Positions 14,001 to 26,293 of a stretch of 64,000 nucleotides of DNA are shown one piece after another (within the stretch, counting starts at the first letter, position 1; every line of letters begins with the position of its first letter). The notes under the pieces are model-generated. The model made no database searches. It was given only the letters and a program-made list of their open reading frames with translations, and was not told the DNA's origin. Source of the DNA: Antedon mediterranea (Eukaryota > Animalia > Echinodermata); NCBI RefSeq assembly GCF_964355755.1, contig NC_092678.1, forward strand, positions 19,733,365 through 19,797,364, read 5' to 3'. The position numbers were made by a program, and so were the translations under genes.

Positions 14001-16023
14001 CACACGTATGAAAACACTTATGTGCACACGTATGAACACACGTACGAACACACGTATGAAAACACTTATGGGCACACGCATGAACACACGTACGAACACA
14101 CGTATGAAAACACTTATGGGCACACGTATGAACACACGTACGAACACACGTATGAAAACACTTATGGGCACACGTATGAACACACGTATGAATACTCGTA
14201 TAAACACACGTATGAAAACACGTATGAATACTCGTATAAACACACGTACGAACACACGTATGAACACACGTACGAACACACCTATGAATACACGTATGAA
14301 AACACGTATGAATACTCGTATAAACACACGTACGAACACACGTATGAACACACGTACGAACACACGTATGAATACACGTACGAACACACGTATGAATACT
14401 CGTATAAACACACGTACGAACACACGTATGAACACACGTACGAACACACGTACGAACACACGTATGAAAACACTTATGGGCACACGTATGAACACACGTA
14501 CGAACACACGTATGAAAACACTTATGGGCACACGCATGAACACACGTACGAACACACGTATGAAAACACTTATGGGCACACGTATGAACACACGTATGAA
14601 CACACGTATGAAAACACGTATGAATACTCGTATGAATACTCGTATGAACACACGTATGAAAACACTTATGGGCACACGTATGAACACACGTACGAACACA
14701 CGTATGAAAACACTTATGGGCACACGTATGAATACTCGTATGAACACACGTACGAACGCACGTATGAAAACACTTATGGGCACACGTATGAACACACGTA
14801 TGAACACACGTATGAAAACACTTATGGGCACACGTATGAACACACGTACGAACACACGTATGAAAACACTTATGGGCACACGTATGAACACACGTACGAA
14901 CACACGTATGAAAACACTAATGGGCACACGTATGAACACACGTACGAACACAAGTATGAATACTCGTATGAACACACGTATGAACACACGTATGAAAACA
15001 CTTATGGGCACACGTATGAACACACGTACGAACACACGTATGAAAACACTTATGGGCACACGTATGAACACACGTATGAATACACGTATGAAAACACTTA
15101 TGGGCACACGCATGAACACACGTACGAACACACGTATGAATACACGTATGAACACACGTATGAACACACGTATGAAAACACGTATGAATACTCGTATGAA
15201 TACTCGTATGAACACACGTATGAAAACACTTATGGGCACACGTATGAACACACGTATGAAAACACGTATGAATACTCGTATGAATACTCGTATGAACACA
15301 CGTATGAAAACACTTATGGGCACACGTATGAACACACGTACGAACACACGTATGAAAACACTTATGGGCACACGTATGAACACACGTATGAACACACGTA
15401 TGAATACTCGTATGAATACTCGTATGAACACACGTATGAAAACACTTATGGGCACACGTATGAACACACGTATGAACACACGTATGAAAACACGTATGAA
15501 TACTCGTATGAATACTCGTATGAACACACGTATGAAAACACTTATGGGCACACGTATGAATACTCGTATGAACACACGTATGAAAACACTTATGGGCACA
15601 CGTATGAACACACGTATGAACACACGTATGAACACACGTATGAACACACGTATGAATACTCGTATGAATACACGTATGAAAACACGTATGAAAACACTTA
15701 TGGGCACACGTATGAACACACGTACGAACACACGTATGAAAACACTTATGGGCACACGTATGAACACACGTACGAACACACGTATGAAAACACTTATGGG
15801 CACACGCATGAACACACGTACGAACACACGTATGAACACACGTACGAACACACGTATGAATACTCGTATAAACACAAGTATGAAAACACGTATGTAAACA
15901 TACTCCCATAATGCATTTTAGAAACCAGTGCAAATAATGAATGAAAAAAGAACAAAACTTACTGTAATTTAATGAAAAATATAAAACTTTCAGCAATAAT
16001 GACGACAGATCCATTTCGAACAT
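8076..16023 (-). CDS. Secreted multicopper oxidase/laccase-fold protein with degenerate copper sites (MCO-related protein), 624 aa
   Basis: Exons 15963-16023 (signal-peptide-like MFEMDLSSLLLKVLYFSLNY, less certain), 12644-12909 (Cys-rich N-terminus, PGPTIE), 11251-11915 (VCEGD, TVHWYG, MDGV, GTHWYHGH, INGR, YRFR, APGER), 10884-11095, 10210-10499, 9496-9634 (YSVHMHG), 9053-9195 (KDTV, ADNPGYWFFNALPNSH), 8076-8174. Total 1875 nt, phases compatible, no internal stops. Confidence 0.88.
8238..8650. mobile_element. MITE, copy A (last intron of MCO gene)
   Basis: TIR aaagaacttataac...gaatctcctgttc / gaacaggagattcttgtgttataagttctt; nearly identical to 12041-12456; internal tandem duplication of about 83 bp. 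Confidence 0.85.
12041..12456. mobile_element. MITE, copy B (intron 2 of MCO gene), 9-bp TSD
   Basis: TIR of about 30 bp; ggtacaacc duplicated at 12032-12040 and 12457-12465. Confidence 0.88.
13620..15897. repeat. 12-bp minisatellite (about 190 units, consensus aacacacgtatg) in MCO intron 1
   Basis: Variants aacacacgtatg, aacacacgtacg, aatactcgtatg, aaaacacttatg and ggcacacgtatg, with recurring higher-order blocks of about 48 bp. Confidence 0.97.
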
Positions 16024-16172
16024 TCTACTTGCAGGTTGTCGAAATGCAATGTTTACAGCATAATGTTTTACTGTATAACTAGCAGGTACCCGTGACTGTC
16101 TAGAGAACAAATATGTATATAGTGATATCCTGAATTTACAAAGCTCACATCCTGTATCATACAGTAATAATT

Positions 16173-17363
16173 CCCGTAAGAAAAAAATCTATAGAATTTC
16201 TATAAAAAAAATCTATATATTTTACTATTAGATTTTCTATAGAAAAAACTTTAGAAATAACTTTAGAAATAGCTTAAGAAATAGCTTTAGAAATTCTTTA
16301 GAATATCTTTAAAATATCTTTAGAATTTCTTTAGAGTTTCTTTAGAATATCTTTAGAGTTTCTTTAGAATTTCTTTAGAGTTTCGTATAGAATTTCTAAA
16401 GGTTTATCTATACAGTACAGTTATCTTCTATTACATATTCTAAATGATTCCGATAGACTTTTCAATAGAGCTGTTATAGATTGTGTATAGAGGTTTATAT
16501 AAATTTTATAGATATATCTTTAGAAATATCTTTAGAATTTATAAAGAGTTTATAGACTTTTTATATAATTTTTTTATAATATACGGTAGAGTTTCTAAAA
16601 GTCTATAAAAACTCTTTAGAAATTCTATAAAAATCTATAAAACCCTTATCGATATTTTTATAAGACATCTCTATACAATCACATAGAATTTCGAAATATT
16701 ACGTAATTTTACAAAATAGACTCTTTTATACAACTTTTATTTAACAAGCATACTTATAATATAACACATTGTAGGCCTAAAAATCGCTCCGATAGAATCT
16801 TCAGTTAACCATGTCCTTTCTAAATATTATTATCTAATTATTATTATTATTTTCGCTAATATTTATTTTTCCACCGAACCACGGGCAGGTTTGGTATTGC
16901 AAGTTTTTTATCCAACGAACGACGTATTTCAGCACATTATTATACTTTTCAGGTAATTTTAAAATTTAATTTATAGATAGTTCTATAGACTAAATTTATA
17001 TAAATTATATTGTACGTCGATTGCCGTCAGAATTTCTATAGATTAAACATTTTATATAAATTCTATAAATTCTTTATAGAGAATTTCTAGATTAAAAAGT
17101 TTATAGAAATTCTATATTTTATTCTTTATATGGAATGTCTATAGGTTAAAAAGTTTATAAAAATTCTATATATTCTCTATATAAAATTTCTATAGATTAA
17201 AAAGTTTATAGAAATTCTATACATTCTCTATATAGATTCATTTCTTTAGAATGTATTTATATATAAATATCTATATAAAAACATGGTTCTATAAACATTT
17301 CTATGAACTCTATAAACACTCTATAGAATTTCTATAGAATTCTATCAAGTATTTTCCTACGGG
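16173..17363. mobile_element. Non-autonomous CACTA/EnSpm-like element with AT-rich subterminal repeats
   Basis: Ends cccgtaagaaaa / ttttcctacggg, 2-bp TT on both sides; arrays of tctttagaa/tctataga repeats inside both ends. Confidence 0.65.
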
Positions 17364-17365
17364 TT

Positions 17366-17413
17366 ATGCGCCGCCTTGATCACTCTTGAGTGGTATGTGC
17401 GCTATAAAAATCC

Positions 17414-17447
<34 letters not shown>

Positions 17448-17500
17448 ATTGTTATTTATATAGCGCTTAACGACAAGAAATTTCAAGAAAGCGCTACGAT
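17366..17500. mobile_element. L2-like 3' tails back to back on a shared (TTA)n tract
   Basis: gcgccttga...gcgctataaaaatc-(tta)n followed by tttatatagcgc...agcgct; similar tail at about 49415-49475. Confidence 0.4.
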
Positions 17501-18614
17501 CACAAGGTGGAAATTACGTCATTTCATAGGCAATGCGACAGAAATGGGTTTTCAGCAATTAAAACTGAAGGGGAAAACCGAAGTGTGGGGATTTACTCTT
17601 GTCAGTAACCAGGGTTTGGTCTAATTTGATGATGAGCACAAACTGTGGCTCGGTCATCCAGGACTATGCGCCTCCTACCCTAGTAAGGAAACTGAAACTC
17701 ATATAGTGAAGGTATATCTGTATTCTTAAGTTAGGAAGACAGAAAGTTGGTTTCTCTGTACGTCCACACTAAACGTTTTCTGGAAGTTGTTAAATTGTAA
17801 ATGTGAATTCATGTAAAAATGTTGCCTATTGGAAAGTTGTGACGTCATCATATGTCCAGTTGAATTAAAAAGGTCGAATTTTCATCTTTTGTGACATAGT
17901 TCATCTCCTAACAGTGTGTATCTATATTTCACGTATTCGAATCTCTTTTAACATGTTAATATGTTGTTGCTCAGACAATTTTTATCCAAAATTGCTATCC
18001 CCGTGTTTAATTTTGATAACGTCATCGTGCTAAAAATTGAAATAAAATGAGGGTCTTGTAATTTCAATTATGCTACAATGTATTTAGTATGTTTACAGTA
18101 TATAGTGTATACAGGTATATACAATTGAGAGCATTTTTTTCTTCAGATCATAATGGCATAATCTTTTTCTGTGCGCAATATTCTACGGATGACATGCACG
18201 TGAGGTTTGGTTGTGCGGATAACTAACTAACAGAGCGCATATCGCGTATCTCTGCCAGATTTTAATATATGCTTGCTAAAAAAATTGATTGATTGATTCA
18301 TTATTAATGTTTATAACTTATTATGACTTATCTCGACTTAAATGTGTTGATTGACGGGGATTGAATAACTGACTCGGGCAGGGTATTCCAATGCTGAATT
18401 ATTCTGATTGAAAACAAGTTATTTCTGCACAAGATATTTGCCTTTATTTAGGACGATAAAGCTTCATACTGTGACCACGAGTTGGTGAAGAAGTCGTCTG
18501 GGTTTATATCATCGACACCTTTTTGAATCTTGAAGGTCTCTATTAAGTCTCCACGTAATCTTCTTATCTCCAGTGGTTGGAGGTCCAAATATTCCTCCCA
18601 GCCTTTGCACGTAA

Positions 18615-21237
18615 AGCCTGGTTTCCAGTCGACGTAAGAAATTTTCTTACGATTGCGTCAAAACGACGTAACGCAATAGAAATCGCCGTAGTACAAGTGT
18701 TTGACAGGAAACCGGTGACTGAAGCTTCCGTCTGTTACGTCGATATTCGACGGTTCGACAGGAAACCGGTGAATTTCCGGAAGAAAATACCTTACGATGC
18801 GATTTTATACCCTTCCGCTTACGCTTACGAAAGTTGACTCGTAAGCGCAAGGATCGTAAGAACCAGCCAATCAATGACGAGGATTATGTGACGTTGGCAA
18901 GAAGGTCAAAGCTTGGAAAGGTGAAAGAAAGTAGAAAGTACCGAATATAAGAATTGTTGACAATAAATGATACGTAAATAAACCGGAACCACGATGTTGT
19001 TCAATTCGTGATAGAAAGTAATAATTTAGGTGGATGAAATACGAAATAGATGTGAGAAATATACCAAATTGTCTTGCTTGTTACTTATTTTAATTATATA
19101 AACATAGTAAAAATACGATATAATGGGTAAAAATAATAAACACAGACGGACTAAATTAATAATAATAAAATGTTAGAGAACAGTGTCATCATCAGGATCA
19201 TCAGGAAAACAATACGTTCACCTGGCATATAGTTTGCATTCAAAAGCAGGTGGGGACAAATTACGTAATAATTTTGTTTTAATTGTATGATGAAGGTAGG
19301 TCGGGTAATAAATTAATAATATATATTTATTAAATTCAATGTAGTGTTTGCTTGAATCTAAACACAATGTATAGGCATATGATAATTAATTGATGATGAA
19401 AATAAATAATTATTAGCCTACATCAAAACCGGGTACAAAAACCAATAGATAAACTGTATGTAAATAACATCGTAGGCAAGTCATGATATTCAACGTTCAT
19501 CAAATAAAGATCATCATCAGGAATAACAAATAATTAGAAGAGCAGACAATTATAACAACAGTCTAATCATAAACAATAAGCCAGCAGGGTGGTAAAAAGA
19601 AAATCAAAACAAAAGGCTGACGACACAAAAGTAAAACTCCGATAAACAAAGCTTTCTCCTGGGTGGTTAAAATCATGGGATTGTTTAAGCCGCTCATAAA
19701 ATAATTCTCAGAATAAAAAGATTATTTATTTATTTATTTGGAATTACACCTTTAGATCGGTGACACACTTAGCACAAAGGTGCATCCTTCACAATATAAA
19801 ATATAACAATTAACAGAAAAGTAAAAAAAGGCAAAAGCAACTATCAACCCCTATCCTACTCCCCGCCCCCCAAATTTACATCGATACATACAGTAGATCA
19901 TTACTTTACACAAGATTAAATTTATCGGCGACTATCAAAAGAAGAACTGATAAACATTTTAATTATTAACTAGAAAGCCACTCCGAGAGTGCATACCTCC
20001 GCCTATTGTAAAATTCTCCTACGTAAGATTTCTCCGGTAAAAAAAATATATCTATAGATTATAAGTGAGAGAGTTTGTCTGTCCGGGAATGTTCTAAGCT
20101 ATATTTCAACATCATCCGCCACCTAGGATCCAAGTTAGGGACAAAAATGTGGTCAAAACCCCCACTTTCGATGTTTGTTCGTTATACAAATTTCTGTTTC
20201 TGCACGTAACCATACGTATGGGGTATCAGAATGATGGCAATTGTACCCGGAAGGTTTTAAACTACATTTAAAAAAATTCCCCCGACTCCTGGGGTTTTTG
20301 TGGGAGGGTGGGGGCGGGGGGGTGGTGTGGTGGTTTGTGATGTCATTTTTTGCTAGGGCTCGGGGTTGTAGGCTATCGAATTGTAAAATTATACTACAAA
20401 AGTTTTACAGTATTTTAATTATCCTCAGCAAGGCGTTTGGGGTATATTATAAGTGAGAGAGTTTGTCTGTCTGTTTGTTTGTTTGTTCGTTATACAAATT
20501 TTTGTTACTGCACATAATCTTACATATGGGTATCAAAATGACCGCTATTGTACCGGGAATGTTCTAAGCTATATTTCAACATCATCCGCCACCTAGGATC
20601 CAAGTTAGGGACCAAAATGTGGTCAAAACCCCCACTTTCGATGTTTGTTCGTTATACAAATTTCTGTTTCTGCACGTAACCATACGTATGGGGTATCAAA
20701 ATGATGGCAATTGTACCCGGAAGGTTTTAAACTACATTTAAAAAAATTCCCCCGACTCCTGGTAGCAACGTACTTTAACCATATCCAGCTATGTATCGGT
20801 CTCTTGGATTGTCTCATTACAGATATCCATACCTGTGTGAACATACACATGTTGTTTACTGTTACTGTGTTCAACTACATCACCAATCCTCCAAGAAAAA
20901 AAAACGTCAATTGTGGGAGAGTGGGATTTGGGATTTATTTCATGTAAAAACTCATCATCATTGAGTATATGATTAAACGGAAGTAGAGAAATATTACATG
21001 ACGTACAGTACCATTCTGGTTCTATGGAAGAACATTGGGCAAGAAATCATTTCTTGTTATCACGTCATATGTGTAATCACAAGAAAAAATGTCAACTCAA
21101 TTCAACTTTCGTCGACGTTATCAGCACATTTGTGTCGACGTTAGTTTTTGGTCAACTGATCGGAACACAAGCGTAATCGTAAGAAAACGACGCAATCGTA
21201 AGCGGAAGCAAGTCTTACGTCGACTGGAAACCAGGCT
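18615..21237. mobile_element. PIF/Harbinger-like non-autonomous DNA transposon (2.6 kb)
   Basis: Perfect 25-bp TIR agcctggtttccagtcgacgtaaga; TAA target duplication at 18612-18614 and 21238-21240. Confidence 0.88.
19968..20762. repeat. Nested element with an internal direct duplication of about 210 bp (Helentron-like?)
   Basis: About 20083-20292 is nearly identical to 20553-20762; gtyt microsatellite at 20461; begins aactagaaagccactccgagagtgcatacctccgcc. Confidence 0.55.
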
Positions 21238-21513
21238 TAAGGTAGATCCCTTATTCCACTCAACATCTTTGTGGCTCTCCTCTGTACTTTTTATAATAAT
21301 TCAATTCTTTATCTTAATTATAATGAATAATGAAGTTATGGAGATTAAAATAGGTAACATTTGTCGTGAGCCTACCAGAATGCGAGCTTACAATGTTTAT
21401 GTTTTTTTGAATAAAGCCTAGTTTTACTATACGCTGTTTGATGACGTGAAAAACATGTTTATGTGCGTTAGGCCTATTGTTACTGTGTCATTTAAAATCG
21501 TCGTGTATTAGTT

Positions 21514-24500
21514 TTAATAACGTGAATGTGCAACTGTCTGGTAAGGTCTAGTAAAGGTCACTATCATTGGTATTCCTTCGATTGCTACGTCACCCGTCAC
21601 TCCCGGAGCTTTTTCAAATGTATAGTTCTGAATTAACCACGTAAAGATAAGGAAGATCTGAGCCTTAGCTAATGCTTGTCCAACACACGCCCTCCGACCG
21701 GTGGAAAACGGCAGATAGCTCGGAAGATGTTGTTTGATAGTGCATGTCGAATCCAAGAATCTCTCTAAGAAAACACAGTACAGTAAGCAAAAGTAAGTAT
21801 GCAAAATAATGAATTGTTAGTAGTTAGAAACAACATAAATGTCATTCAACGATGAGGCTAAGTTAAATTAACAACCAGTTTTAACAATAAAAATATTTCT
21901 TCTATTCAACGAATAATATGCCTATTTTTCCAGTCCAGATTGGTTGGCTAGGTCCATGGAAAATGTATTTCTGTGTTACAATATGGCTATATTACTAGTT
22001 ATAACAATATTACAGACAATAGCTCTCGTTTGTATTAAATTACCTGGTTTAAACTTTTCGGGAGAATCCCAGTATTTCGAGTCATTGTGAAGAGCCCAAG
22101 CATTTATGATTACTCCTGTGCCTGTAGTTACATTGTAATTGCCTGAAGGAAAATATGGTAGCATACATGCATAAACATTAACGTAATCTAACCATCTAGT
22201 ATATCTATATAACTTTGATCCTGATCCCAGCTAAAAGGCAATGCCTGTGGTAGTGGCATACAGTATATGCCTATCCATGAGCCTAACAGAGAGCAAGCAG
22301 AATTCAAGAGAGTCATGGTTCTTACCAATTGTGGAGTCTTTAATAGCACAGTGAATCAAGCTTAATGGGACAACTGTCCCGTATCTCATGATCTCCATGA
22401 TCACAGCATCCGTGTATGGCAGCTTCTCACGATCACTTAGTTGTGGCGGCCTGTCTCCAATGACGTCATCAAGTTCTTTCTTTATCTTTTCCTGTACATC
22501 CGGATTATCAATCATGCATGCAACAGCCCACAGTAATGTTGATGTAGATGTTTCTGTACCAGCTATAATTATAATAAAATGATTACTCATCCGACCAGTC
22601 TTCATCCTAGTAGGCCTGAAAATAGCAGTACATGCTAAAGTGAAAACATACCTATGAAAAGATCCGATACAATCTGTTTGATATGCACATCTGTTAATTT
22701 ACTGTCCGAGTTATCAGTCTCCATTTCATCATTTTGAGTTTTCAAGAGTAGCTCAATTAGGTCATTTGCAGGTTCATCTAAAATGAATGTGTAGCAGAAT
22801 GATTACTAATATGAAATATTAATACATTGTTACAAAATATGAGTTCAGTTCAATTTGTAAAACCACGTGGTAACAAAAAATTTATTTTTTTAATAGTCAT
22901 CGGAGGATACTGCGCATGCGCAGGCGGTTTTGTTCCACTTTGAGAACTCACCGAGAGAACTCACCGAAAATAATAGTATTTATTTCAATACCTGGAGAGT
23001 ATGCTTTCAAATGCCGATTCACTTCCTTCAGAATTATAGCAAATAATTCCAGCGATACTCTTCTAAATGTATTCACCGAAGTACTTGGTAGAAATCTAGC
23101 TGCTGGAATAAAGTCCGCTAGAGTACCGTTACCAAGTGCATTGTTTCGTTCATCTGATATCTTTATAAACTCAAGAAGTTCAGGATCATTAAATTCATAA
23201 CTAAAAAAGAGAAAAATATATAAATATACCACATAACATATAAATATCACTAATCATAATCTATTTTTATTAATATATATAATTCATGAAATGTGTATAC
23301 TGTATGTTGATATAAATTTTTGGCAGACCACCTACTTTTGTTTTGAAAAAGAACTGTTGAGTTCTCAACGTTCTTTCAATCAATACACTGTGATCGTCCT
23401 CATGAGTGAGAATACAGAAAATCTAGGAAACTGGGACATTTACAAGCTATATAAACATACAGTAGGTACCTACAATGTGTGTATTAATTAATCGTATCCA
23501 ATAGCGAGAGAACAAAAACTATAACTATACAGGATCCGGAGAGATAGAGAGCAACGCGTTAGAGTAGGGAGTAGGCATGATGTTTGCGATAAATACAATT
23601 TAGGCCTACCTTTTTCCAAAGCACATGGAAGCAATAACGTTGTAGACTGCCAAAGTAATCACTTCTTTTGGATCAAATGGATTCCCAGCTTTTTCTGAAA
23701 GAACACCTCCAATTTTCCGTATTACCTCTCCTATTAAAGTCTCCAAATTATCCGTAGTATATTGTCTTAAAGGTAAAAGTGATAGAGTAACAAGAAACAT
23801 CTAGACAAAATAAGAAAGATAGTGGGCAAAGGTGTCAAGGAACAAATTGCATCTAAATTGGCAGGACCTGTACAAAAAGTGGTTTGCTCATCCCTGTCAA
23901 AAGGTATTTCGAAGCGTATTTGTATGAAAGTTGGTAACATTATAATATTAAAATTAAATATACAATAAGTTAGCTTTATCGTGTCCGATGTGTGATAGTC
24001 TACATATTACGTAGGCTACTAACCTGATAGCTAAATGCGCTAACTTTCGGTGGAGTTTCCAGGTTGGTGAAGGCTGACCAAAAGCAATGTCCTTTCCATT
24101 TTCAGAATACCAGTTAACTATTAAAACGTACATTCGACATGTTTATAATGAATTTATACGTACGTACATTACGTCATCGTTTTTATAAATTAGTCATGTA
24201 TAGCGCCATCACATTACAGAGTTGCATATGACTTACAATTGTACGAATAAGGACGTCCACTGAAATCATTAAGTTTGGTCAGTAAAGCCTCGTGCGCATG
24301 TTCGTGATCGTTGATGACGACTGTCCAAAAACTTCCAAACTTCACTGAAAAAACTTGCCCATACTTGAAGGTCATACTTTTAAAAATCGTCCAAGGTGAT
24401 ACATCTCCTATTAATACTATAACAAAATCATTGAAGGATTAGACACCAAAAGAATCGAATAATGTTAAAGGGGGGTTCCGGGTTTAAAATGAATAGTAAA

Positions 24501-26293
24501 AAATGTAAAATATATTTGTTTGTCTCTTGAACGGTAAAAGTTTCAATTTATATAAGCGCCCAGTGAAGCAGAACGAAGGCTGTGAAATCAGGCCAGATTA
24601 CAAGTGCAGCTACGGCAAAATCACACTGTGGTTACAAAATAGGAAATTCGTGAAATGGTCCATCTTCCGACGACTCGTTATCATAAACCATATCAATTAC
24701 TTTTGTAAAATTATACTTATCTGATGTAATTTTAGTCAGTCTTCCCATTTATAAAGTCAATATTTATGAAAATTCATCAAAACAGTGAAAAATTAGATAT
24801 GTTTGCACTTTACGTTTGCCGATTTTCGCACCGACTTAGGGAAAAATCAAAATCAATGAAGCGTAACGTATACTGTACATTCCTGCTGAGGATCGAGCGA
24901 GACGACGATACACGTGCTCTCTCTGCTGCCCATGCCTGGCATCGTCACGTGATAAGCAGATACAACAATACCAAACTGGTCGGGTCGAGTATACCCCGTC
25001 TATAATCACAACATGAACGATGTACAGTATTTGATTGAAGGTCAACTTGACCTACCGGAATGGTATAGATAATATAGCTCGAATGAGAGAGTTGGAATAT
25101 TTGTGTAGTGCAGCCTATAGTAAAAGGCCTGGTAGTATCAATTCGCATAGGGTCAGCTACTACACTAGCTAGCTCAATTTTTAACTGGGCCGGATCAGCT
25201 AGGTCTCCTTCCTACTACCTGGTCTACTTGCTTGATGCATGAGTATCCGCTTTTTTGGAGAGTAAACTAAGCCTATTTTATTTTAGGCCTACTTAGACGA
25301 TCGGGACACCATACGACGGACGTGTGGACGGCGATCGGACCTTGTTTTGCTTCAATATTTACAGCCGATTTTGTAGAACGTTTTAGGTTTAGATTGTTTA
25401 GGAGTTTGGTTGATAGGATGGGTTTTGTTATTTATGGGCCAATCGTCTAGTAGTAGGCTAGCTAGGCCCACATGGGCCCCATTGTTTTAACGTAGCCATC
25501 GTGGCATGGAATCCCTAGTCAGAATGGCTCTCGCCCATATTATTATTAGGCTAGGCCTAGAGTAGTATTGTACGTGAAGCCGATAATACGATCTGTACTA
25601 TAGAGGTATAAAAATAGTATAATTTATGACTCCGTATCTGTACTGAATTTTGTATTTCATTAAATGTCAAATAAATAAATGCTACTACTGTTATTATTAC
25701 ACTTTAGGCCTAGCTTAGAAAATCTACAAAAAATGTATTTCACAATGATCGGGTGGTTGTCGTTTGACAGGGGAGAGAGATGTAAATTAGTTGACAAACA
25801 ACGTACATGACGTCGCGAGTTTGGAATCCACTGGTGACGTGATTTTGTGAATATCTCATGAATATTAATGAGCTTCCCTAAGCTGCTGAAAAACAGACTT
25901 TCCATGAATTTACCCTAAAATAAATATGAAATTTAATTTTTTTAATTTCTCGTTATTACTTCTTCATTCTGACATGTCTATATTGTTATAATATTTTTTA
26001 TTTAATAAATAAACGATATTTAAAAGCAATTTTAAACCCAGAATCCCCCTTTAAGAAAAAATATATATGCAGAGAAAGCTGAAAATGCATCAGTAGGTTT
26101 ACAGTACTTTCATCACCAGACATTTAGACTATAAAGCAGGCCTACAAATGTTTTTCTTACTTGGAACGTTCCCTATTATAGGGTAAGGTGTTGGACCAGG
26201 TGGCGTGCCAGGTGGACGTCGAATGTTGAAATACATCCACGTAAGCAACAGAATGACCAGCACTACGACTAGCGACATCGTACACTCGAACAT
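21514..26293 (-). CDS. Cytochrome P450, CYP17A-like; copy 2 (494 aa)
   Basis: Exons 26161-26293, 24237-24416, 24024-24117, 23610-23765, 22992-23200, 22652-22777, 22326-22562, 22044-22142, 21514-21764 (1485 nt). Motifs AGTET, EIMR, PERF and heme loop FSTGRRACVG. Confidence 0.93.
24469..26050. mobile_element. Kolobok-like non-autonomous element in intron 1 of P450 copy 2
   Basis: TTAA TSD on both sides; TIR aggggggttccgggtttaaaat / attttaaacccagaatccccct; AG...CT termini. Confidence 0.8.

Larger units (their letters stand above)
18450..21292 (-). mobile_element. CR1 LINE 3' fragment split by a Harbinger-like insertion (pieces about 18450-18614 and 21241-21292)
   Basis: Joined pieces read KVQRRATKMLSGIRDLPYVQRL/EYLDLQPLEIRRLRGDLIETFKIQKG, the CR1 ORF2 C-terminal signature. 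Confidence 0.8.

Noticed and set aside
13620-15897. CRISPR-like appearance of regular repeats
   Set aside because: Contiguous tandem units with no unique spacers, no cas genes, and a eukaryotic context.
8076-16023. Calling the MCO a functional laccase or a pseudogene
   Set aside because: The copper ligands are missing, which argues against a laccase. The frame and splice sites are all intact, which argues against a pseudogene.
13608-16110. Long ORFs of 397-755 aa (VFIR, MNTR, YEHT, HTCV repeats)
   Set aside because: They are open on both strands in several frames because the 12-bp unit lacks stops. The array lies in an intron of the MCO gene. Only 15963-16023 is a plausible exon.
17625-17700. 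tgatgagc...gctc hairpin as a second hammerhead
   Set aside because: No CTGA start and no GAAA directly after the stem.
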